From the NCBI GenBank assembly GCA_965649225.1, contig CBFGJX010000005.1, forward strand, positions 1 through 64,000: 64,000 bases of DNA, written 5' to 3'. Made by a program: the position numbers and the translations under genes. Positions 58,115 to 64,000 of this stretch are shown here, piece by piece. Each line of letters starts with the position of its first letter. The stretch's first letter is position 1. The notes below the pieces were generated by a model. It saw only the letters and a program-made list of their open reading frames with translations, did no database searches and was not told the origin of the DNA. The stretch comes from a candidate division WOR-3 bacterium. Lineage in GTDB: Bacteria > Hydrothermota > Tepidihabitantia > Tepidihabitantales > Tepidihabitantaceae.

Positions 58115-59422
58115 TCATTGAAAAACGGCCGGCGCCGAGAGCGGCTCGGCTCTGGCTGTAGCGCCTTTGACGCTGGTGATCCGGCAGCTCAGAATGGTTC
58201 CAGGCGCGTGCCTGCCGGCGACGATCACGACCCGATTGCTGGTAGTGCGACCGAGCGAATCATCGCCGCGCGGACTCGGACCTTCAATCAGAATCTCGGC
58301 AGTCTTGCCGATCAGCTCGCGGGCGGTTTCGGCGGTGATGCGATTCTGGACTTCGATCAGCCGGGCGAGCCGCCGGCCGGCGTCGGCCTCGGAAACCCGC
58401 GGTGTCATCGCGGCGGCAGCAGTACCGGGGCGGGCCGAAAACCGGTACATGTATGCCGAGTCAAACCGGACCGCGCGAACAACGGCGAGGGTTTCGAGAA
58501 AATCGTCTTCTGTTTCCGAGGGGAAGCCAACGATGATATCGGTTGACAGCCCCAGTCCGGGAAGAAGCTGCCGGGCCCGGGTGATGATGTCAAGGTAGCT
58601 GCGGCGGGTATAGCCGCGATTCATCAACGACAGAATCCGGTCAGAGCCGGACTGGAGCGGCAGGTGCAGAAAAGGACAGACGTTGGGCAGCGCAGCCATC
58701 GTGCCAAGAATTCGTTCATTGACATCGCGCGGGTGGGATGTCAGAAAACGGATTCGGGCCGTGGGTGCCGTCGTGGCAACGGCAGTGAGCAGGTCGGCAA
58801 AGTCGCGCTCGGCCTCCTGCCAGGCCAGGACATTCTGGCCGAGGAGGGTGATGTCACGGACGCCGCGGGCGGTCAGCGTGCGCACTTCGGCGATAATCGA
58901 ATCGGACGACCGCGAGCGGCCGCGCCCTTTGACCAGCGGAACGATGCAGTAACTGCATCGGTTGTCGCAGCCGCGGATAACGGTCACGAACGCGGCCACC
59001 CCGTTGCCCGGTGGCGGCAGCAGGTCTTCGTAACATTCGCCGGTTGTCTCCAGGGCCAGAGCGTGACCGGCGCGGCGGGTCTGGGCGATGAGTTCGGGCA
59101 GGCGTCGGTAATTGTCGGGACCGACGACCAGGTCGACGCGGTGATTGCGAACGAGGTCAGCCCCAAGGCGCTGGGCCATGCAGCCGAGGACGCCGATGAT
59201 TTTTCCGGGCCGGGCCGAACGCAGACTGCGCAGACCGGCGATGCGGTTGAGTGCCCGTTGTTCGGCATGACTGCGGACCGAACAGGTCATTACCAGCATG
59301 ACGTCGGCTTCGGCTTCGGATGAAGTCTCGGTCCAGCCGTTGTCAAGCATGATCCGACGGACGGTGTCCGATTCCTGCTGGTTCATCTGACAGCCGTACG
59401 TCTGAATGAAGAACTGAGCCAC
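58115..59422 (-). CDS. miaB: tRNA methylthiotransferase MiaB
   Basis: TYGCQMN, TCSVR..AE, GCMAQ, C...C..C, TSHP.D, TRAM domain. Confidence 0.96.
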   Translation of the reverse strand: MAQFFIQTYGCQMNQQESDTVRRIMLDNGWTETSSEAEADVMLVMTCSVRSHAEQRALNRIAGLRSLRSARPGKIIGVLGCMAQRLGADLVRNHRVDLVVGPDNYRRLPELIAQTRRAGHALALETTGECYEDLLPPPGNGVAAFVTVIRGCDNRCSYCIVPLVKGRGRSRSSDSIIAEVRTLTARGVRDITLLGQNVLAWQEAERDFADLLTAVATTAPTARIRFLTSHPRDVNERILGTMAALPNVCPFLHLPLQSGSDRILSLMNRGYTRRSYLDIITRARQLLPGLGLSTDIIVGFPSETEDDFLETLAVVRAVRFDSAYMYRFSARPGTAAAAMTPRVSEADAGRRLARLIEVQNRITAETARELIGKTAEILIEGPSPRGDDSLGRTTSNRVVIVAGRHAPGTILSCRITSVKGATARAEPLSAPAVFQ

Positions 59423-59526
59423 TGATGACAAGATTCTAACCGGCGGGCGGCATTGTCAAGGCTGCCCTGAAACCGCTGCCGGTGTTTGACTTGACGCCGG
59501 CGGACAATATCATTCGCCATCCACCG

Positions 59527-60876
59527 ATGAATGCCGTTGAACTGATCCGACGCAAACGCGACCGCGGCCGCTACTCGGCCGGAGAACTGGAATGGCTGAT
59601 GGCTGAGTTTGCGGCCGGGAATATCCCCGATTACCAGATGGCGGCGTGGCTGATGGCAGTATGCCTCAGGGGTATGACGGTTGAGGAAACCGTGGCGCTG
59701 ACGGCAGCAATGATGAAATCAGGGGAGGTGCTGGACCTTTCGGCGCTGCCCGGTCCGAAGGTAGACAAACACTCCACCGGTGGCGTCGGAGACAAGGTGT
59801 CGCTGGTGCTGGCGCCGATGGTGGCTGCCTGCGATGTGCTGGTGCCGATGATATCGGGCCGGGCGCTGGGACATACCGGTGGCACGCTGGATAAACTGGC
59901 AGCGATTCCCGGCTTCCGAACCGACCTCAGCCCGACTGCCTTCCGCCGGTGTCTGGAGATGGCCGGGCTGGCGATCGTCGGCCAGTCGGAACGGATCTGC
60001 CCGGTTGACCGGCGGCTGTATGCGCTGCGGGATGTCACCGCCACCGTCGAATCGGCACCGTTGATTGCGGCCAGCATCATGAGCAAGAAACTGGCAGAGG
60101 GTATCGATGGGCTGGTGCTGGATGTCAAGGCCGGTTCGGGTGCCTTCTGTGCCAAAGTCAGTCAGGCGCGGCGGCTGGGACGGTTGATGATGGCGATTGG
60201 TGCCCGACTGGGGAAACCGGTGCGGGCGCTGGTCACGGCGATGTGGCAGCCGCTCGGGCGCAGCGTCGGCAATGCGGTTGAGGTGATTGAGGCGATTGAT
60301 GCCCTGAAGGGCAAGTGGGCGGATGACCTGGCCGAGGTCAGTCTGGCACTGGGAGAGCAGATGCTGGTGCTTTCCGGCCGGGCGCGCAGCGAAGTTCAGG
60401 CTCGCCGTCAGCTGCTGCGGGCACTTTCGTCCGGGCGGGCACTGGAGCGTTTCCGGGCGATGGTCAGGGCGCAGGGCGGTGACCCCGCCGTGGTTGACAA
60501 CCCCGGGGTGTTGATCGAACGGGCCCACCGGGTCGAGGTCTGTGCGGCGAGTCCGGGCTGGGTGCGGTCGATCGACGCGCTGCGTGTCGGTCTGATTGGC
60601 GTCGAACTGGGAATCGGCCGGCTGAAAGTCGATGCGACGGTCGATGCCGCCGCCGGTTTTATCTTTCACCGCAAGGCCGGCGACCGGGTGGCGAAGGGTG
60701 AGTTGCTGGTCGAGGTGCTTGGTTCGGATTGCGACCGGGTTGCAGCGGCAGCGGCGGCGGTCGCCCGGGCGATAGTCATCGGGCCGGTGGCACCCAGGCC
60801 GGTCGGGGCAGTCTGTGCGCGGCTGAGTGGCAATGGCGGCGCGGGGGTTGGTCAGCGGCGGAATACTGGACGGTGA
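59527..60876 (+). CDS. pdp: Pyrimidine-nucleoside/thymidine phosphorylase
   Basis: I.RKRD, DKHSTGGVGDK, SGR.LGHTGGTLDKL, SIMSKK. Confidence 0.95.
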   Translation: MNAVELIRRKRDRGRYSAGELEWLMAEFAAGNIPDYQMAAWLMAVCLRGMTVEETVALTAAMMKSGEVLDLSALPGPKVDKHSTGGVGDKVSLVLAPMVAACDVLVPMISGRALGHTGGTLDKLAAIPGFRTDLSPTAFRRCLEMAGLAIVGQSERICPVDRRLYALRDVTATVESAPLIAASIMSKKLAEGIDGLVLDVKAGSGAFCAKVSQARRLGRLMMAIGARLGKPVRALVTAMWQPLGRSVGNAVEVIEAIDALKGKWADDLAEVSLALGEQMLVLSGRARSEVQARRQLLRALSSGRALERFRAMVRAQGGDPAVVDNPGVLIERAHRVEVCAASPGWVRSIDALRVGLIGVELGIGRLKVDATVDAAAGFIFHRKAGDRVAKGELLVEVLGSDCDRVAAAAAAVARAIVIGPVAPRPVGAVCARLSGNGGAGVGQRRNTGR

Positions 60877-60889
60877 GGAAAGGAGCGAA

Positions 60890-61258
60890 GTGGGCCGCAA
60901 CGAAGGTAAGCTTGACACACTGATTGGTCCGGAGACAATCGTCAAGGGTGACCTGCGGGTCGGGGGCAGTCTGCGACTGGAAGGACAGATCGAAGGTCGG
61001 GTTGATGTTGCCGAGACACTGCAAACCGGTTCGCGGTCACTGCTGAAGGGTGAAGTCCATGCCCGGGAGTGTATCATCGCCGGCAGGGTCGAGGGCGACA
61101 TTCATTCGTCGGAAAACACCGAGCTGCAGAGCGGAGCGAATGTCCGCGGCAACATCTACTGTAAAGGGCTGGTGATTCAGCGTGACTGCATTTTCCAGGG
61201 CAGTTGCTCGATGGCAGTGGCGGCCGATGACGCTGCCGGCAGTCGGCAGCAGGGTTAG
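60890..61258 (+). CDS. Bactofilin (polymer-forming cytoskeletal protein)
   Basis: TLIG....KGDL...GSLR.EG.IEG, I.G.VEG.I, F.G.C.M; SD AGGAG + GTG. Confidence 0.9.
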   Translation: MGRNEGKLDTLIGPETIVKGDLRVGGSLRLEGQIEGRVDVAETLQTGSRSLLKGEVHARECIIAGRVEGDIHSSENTELQSGANVRGNIYCKGLVIQRDCIFQGSCSMAVAADDAAGSRQQG

Positions 61259-61295
61259 TCGTGGCGCTGGTGATTGCTGGCGAAGGGAGTGATGA

Positions 61296-62045
61296 ATGGT
61301 ACCAATTGATCTTTCCGGCCGGAAGGCGATAGTGACCGGTGCCGGGGCCGGGATAGGTCGGGAGATCGCCACCGCGTTTGCCCGGGCCGGAGCCGCGGTG
61401 TGGGTGTGTGACATTGCCGAGGCGGCGGCCCGGCAGTGTGCTGAAGAGATTACCGCCGCCGGCGGAGTTGCCCGTTGGGGTACAGTGGATGTGGCCGATT
61501 CGGCAGCGGTTGAGCAGGTGGTTGCTGCCGCGCTGGCCGAGTTTGGCAGTGTCGACATCCTCGTTAACAATGCCGGCATCACCCGTGACAATCTGATGCT
61601 GCGGATGAGCGATGAGGACTTCGACCGCGTTCTGAGCGTGAATCTGCGCGGGGCGTTCTATTTCACCCGGGCCGTCGCACGGCCGATGATGAAGAACCGC
61701 TGGGGCAGGATTGTCAATATCAGTTCGGTGATCGGGCAGATGGGCAACGCCGGACAGGCCAACTACGCTGCGGCCAAGGCCGGTTTGATCGGTCTGACCA
61801 AGTCGGCGGCGCGGGAACTGGCGCCGCGCGGGATCAATGTCAATGCCGTCGCCCCCGGATTCATTGCTACGGCGATGACCGAGAAGCTCGACCCGAAAGT
61901 CCGCGAGGCGTATGTCAGCGCGCTGCCGTTGAAAAGGGCCGGCGTTCCGGCTGATGTCGCCGGGGCGTGTCTGTTCCTGGTTTCACCGCTGGCCGACTAC
62001 ATTACCGGGCAGGTTATCCGGGTTGATGGCGGCATGCTGATGTAG
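61296..62045 (+). CDS. fabG: 3-oxoacyl-ACP reductase
   Basis: [33 protein letters not shown]. Confidence 0.94.
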   Translation: MVPIDLSGRKAIVTGAGAGIGREIATAFARAGAAVWVCDIAEAAARQCAEEITAAGGVARWGTVDVADSAAVEQVVAAALAEFGSVDILVNNAGITRDNLMLRMSDEDFDRVLSVNLRGAFYFTRAVARPMMKNRWGRIVNISSVIGQMGNAGQANYAAAKAGLIGLTKSAARELAPRGINVNAVAPGFIATAMTEKLDPKVREAYVSALPLKRAGVPADVAGACLFLVSPLADYITGQVIRVDGGMLM

Positions 62046-62074
62046 CGGCAGAACACCGACGGCAGGGGGAAGGA

Positions 62075-64000
62075 GTGGATTCGAACCGGCAGGTGCAAGC
62101 GGCGGCGACCAGCTCCGGTATCATTGAACGATTCGAAGAGATACTCGCGGCCGACGCGCAGAAGCTGGTCGATGAGGAAAGCCGGCTGACGGCGCTCGAG
62201 GAGGCGCTGAATCTGGCCCGGCAGATCGATGACCCGGAGCGGGTCTGTCGGGCGGCAATCCGCATGTGCAACTGCTACTGGGCGCGCTGCGACTACGCGG
62301 CGTTCGAACGGATGCTGCAGCTGCTCGGCGCGACGGTCGGCCGCACCGACAACCCTCGTCTCCACGGCAGTTACTGCTACCTGCGGGTTGGCTGGTTGAA
62401 TGCCGCCGACCGCTATCAGGAGGCAGAGCAGGCCGCGCGGGAGTGCATCCGGCACTGGACCGCGGTCGGCTACCAGGAAGGGCTGGCGGTGCTCTATGAC
62501 GCAATGGGTTCGACGGCGCTGATGCGTGGTCAGGCCGCCGAAGCGCTGCGCTACTATCAGCTGTCGTTCGAGAACACTCCCCCCGAGGATATTCGCAGTC
62601 TGGCTCTCAGCCACGATAACATTTGTCTGGCGCTGACACAGCTCGGGCGGTGGGAAGATGCCGTCGAGTCGGCCTATCACGGACTGGCACTGGCCGAGCA
62701 GGCCGACATTCCCTACGTCCTGGTCGTCTCCCAGCAGCTGCTGGGAGACCTGTTTCTGCGCCGTGACCGGCCGGCGAAAGCGATTGAAGTTTACCGAACG
62801 GTGATCGATACCGCTCAGCGGCACAATGTCGGGGCCGACTATGCCCGCGAGGCAGTGCTGGGGATGACTGATGCCTATCTGCGGCAGGGTGACTGGGCCA
62901 AGGCGGAGCAGTTGTTGAACGAGCACGAACGGCTGCTGCTTGATGTCGGGCGACCGTACTGGCGGGTGCGGGTGCTGACGAGACGGGCGTTGACCGCTCT
63001 GGCCGGCGGGCGGATTGATGAGGCGCAGTCTTCCGCCCGGGAAGCGGTTGAACTGGCCGCCAGTCACAGTCTTGTCACCGAAGAGGCCGAGGCCCGGCGG
63101 GTGCTCGCTTCGGTACATGCCACTGCCGGTCAGGAGCGAGTGGCGCTGGCGTGTCTCGACGATGCCGCACGGTTGCTGGCGACACGCGAAGACAGCTATG
63201 AGCTTGCCCGGGTCCGGATGGAGAAGGGGATGCTGCTGCTCAGGCTGGGCAATGAGGCAGAGGGGCGCGAATTGCTGCAGACAGCCGGGCGGGTATTCCG
63301 GCGACTGGCGGTGACCGCTGAGTACAGCGAGGTGAGCAAGGCACTGCTGCGGCTGGAGCTGGAATCAGACCACGACCTTGCGCTGCTGAAGGGTGTTTCC
63401 GGGCTGGTTTCACTCGGACTCGACCCGGCGGTTTTTGTCACCCGGGTGATCGAACTGATGATGGAGGCGCTGGATTTTTCTGCCGGAGTGCTGCTGGTTG
63501 GAGGACGGCCGACGGCAGTTGTCGGCAGTCCGGACCTTGCCGCGGCGAGACTGGGTGCGGAATCGGTCGAGGCGGTCTGGGATGCGCGGTCGCTGACGTT
63601 GCCGGTGAACTTTCAGGGTCGGCGGCTCGGCTGTTTCTATCTTGATCGGCCGCAACCCGGAGGCAGAGAGCCACGGTCGATTGTGCTGGATACACTGGCA
63701 AGTCTGCTGGGACCGATGGTGCAGCGTCTGGCCGAGATCAACGCCAGCGTTACTGACGTTGTCGGTGAAAATCAGGAACTCGCCAGCCTGCGTTTTGGCG
63801 GTGTTGTCGGCCGCAGCCCGGCAATGCGCAGGGTGCTGGCGGTTGTTGCCCGGGTTGCCAGTACTCAGGTGCCGGTCTTGATCCGGGGTGAAAGCGGCAC
63901 CGGCAAGGAGCTGGTGGCGCGGGCGCTGCATGATTCGGGCCCGAGAGCCGGTCGTCCGTTTGTCGCGGTGAACTGTGCCGCGCTGCCGGAATCACTGATG
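62075..64000 (+). CDS. TPR + GAF-like + sigma-54 AAA+ transcriptional activator, 3'-truncated by the window
   Basis: GTG 62075 is in frame with the terminal [40 protein letters not shown]-like helices upstream; absent from the ORF track because it has no stop. Confidence 0.88.
   Translation, partial: MDSNRQVQAAATSSGIIERFEEILAADAQKLVDEESRLTALEEALNLARQIDDPERVCRAAIRMCNCYWARCDYAAFERMLQLLGATVGRTDNPRLHGSYCYLRVGWLNAADRYQEAEQAARECIRHWTAVGYQEGLAVLYDAMGSTALMRGQAAEALRYYQLSFENTPPEDIRSLALSHDNICLALTQLGRWEDAVESAYHGLALAEQADIPYVLVVSQQLLGDLFLRRDRPAKAIEVYRTVIDTAQRHNVGADYAREAVLGMTDAYLRQGDWAKAEQLLNEHERLLLDVGRPYWRVRVLTRRALTALAGGRIDEAQSSAREAVELAASHSLVTEEAEARRVLASVHATAGQERVALACLDDAARLLATREDSYELARVRMEKGMLLLRLGNEAEGRELLQTAGRVFRRLAVTAEYSEVSKALLRLELESDHDLALLKGVSGLVSLGLDPAVFVTRVIELMMEALDFSAGVLLVGGRPTAVVGSPDLAAARLGAESVEAVWDARSLTLPVNFQGRRLGCFYLDRPQPGGREPRSIVLDTLASLLGPMVQRLAEINASVTDVVGENQELASLRFGGVVGRSPAMRRVLAVVARVASTQVPVLIRGESGTGKELVARALHDSGPRAGRPFVAVNCAALPESLM

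Noticed and set aside
62060..62092. tRNA-like GGTTCGAATCC on the minus strand
   Set aside because: T-stem does not pair (GCCGG vs CCACT), no cloverleaf, and it overlaps the activator start

Overview
Gene-dense, GC-rich chromosomal window from a diderm bacterium. An SprA homolog plus a FlgD-Ig/T9SS-type C-terminal domain suggest an FCB-related lineage such as WOR-3; this is inference only. Contents in order: (1) the 3' ~2.2 kb of a 23S rRNA gene and a 5S rRNA gene; (2) a 13.5-kb type IVa pilus cluster with two very acidic, aromatic-rich pilins, a PilGHI/Xap-like ABC/TPR module, three GspG-like minor pilins, a PilM-PilN fusion, PilO, two PilP/GspC-like proteins (one extremely basic), PilQ, PilT and PilD, but no PilB or PilC; (3) two tandem barrel-[CRD]n-OmpA proteins and a lipoprotein; (4) an operon of two monoheme cytochrome c lipoproteins, a CxxCH-reeler protein with a T9SS-like CTD, a DUF5777-like barrel and OsmC; (5) housekeeping genes (radA, dnaB, coaBC, rpoZ, gmk, yicC, dtd, degP, folD, ispA, dxs); (6) a compact SprA translationally coupled to dxs and comEA; (7) ugd-uxs-GT2-ftsEX-envC-holB, mutS, lapAB-like genes, miaB, pdp, a bactofilin, fabG and a truncated TPR sigma-54 activator. 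No CRISPR array, tRNA or mobile element was seen. Best leads: the cytochrome/reeler/barrel operon with T9SS export, the e-pilin-like pilins, the basic PilP-like protein, a structured folD leader, promoters with 16-bp spacers and leaderless starts, and a swapped 752-2609 exit-tunnel pair in the 23S rRNA. All family calls come from motif recognition by eye, not database searches.
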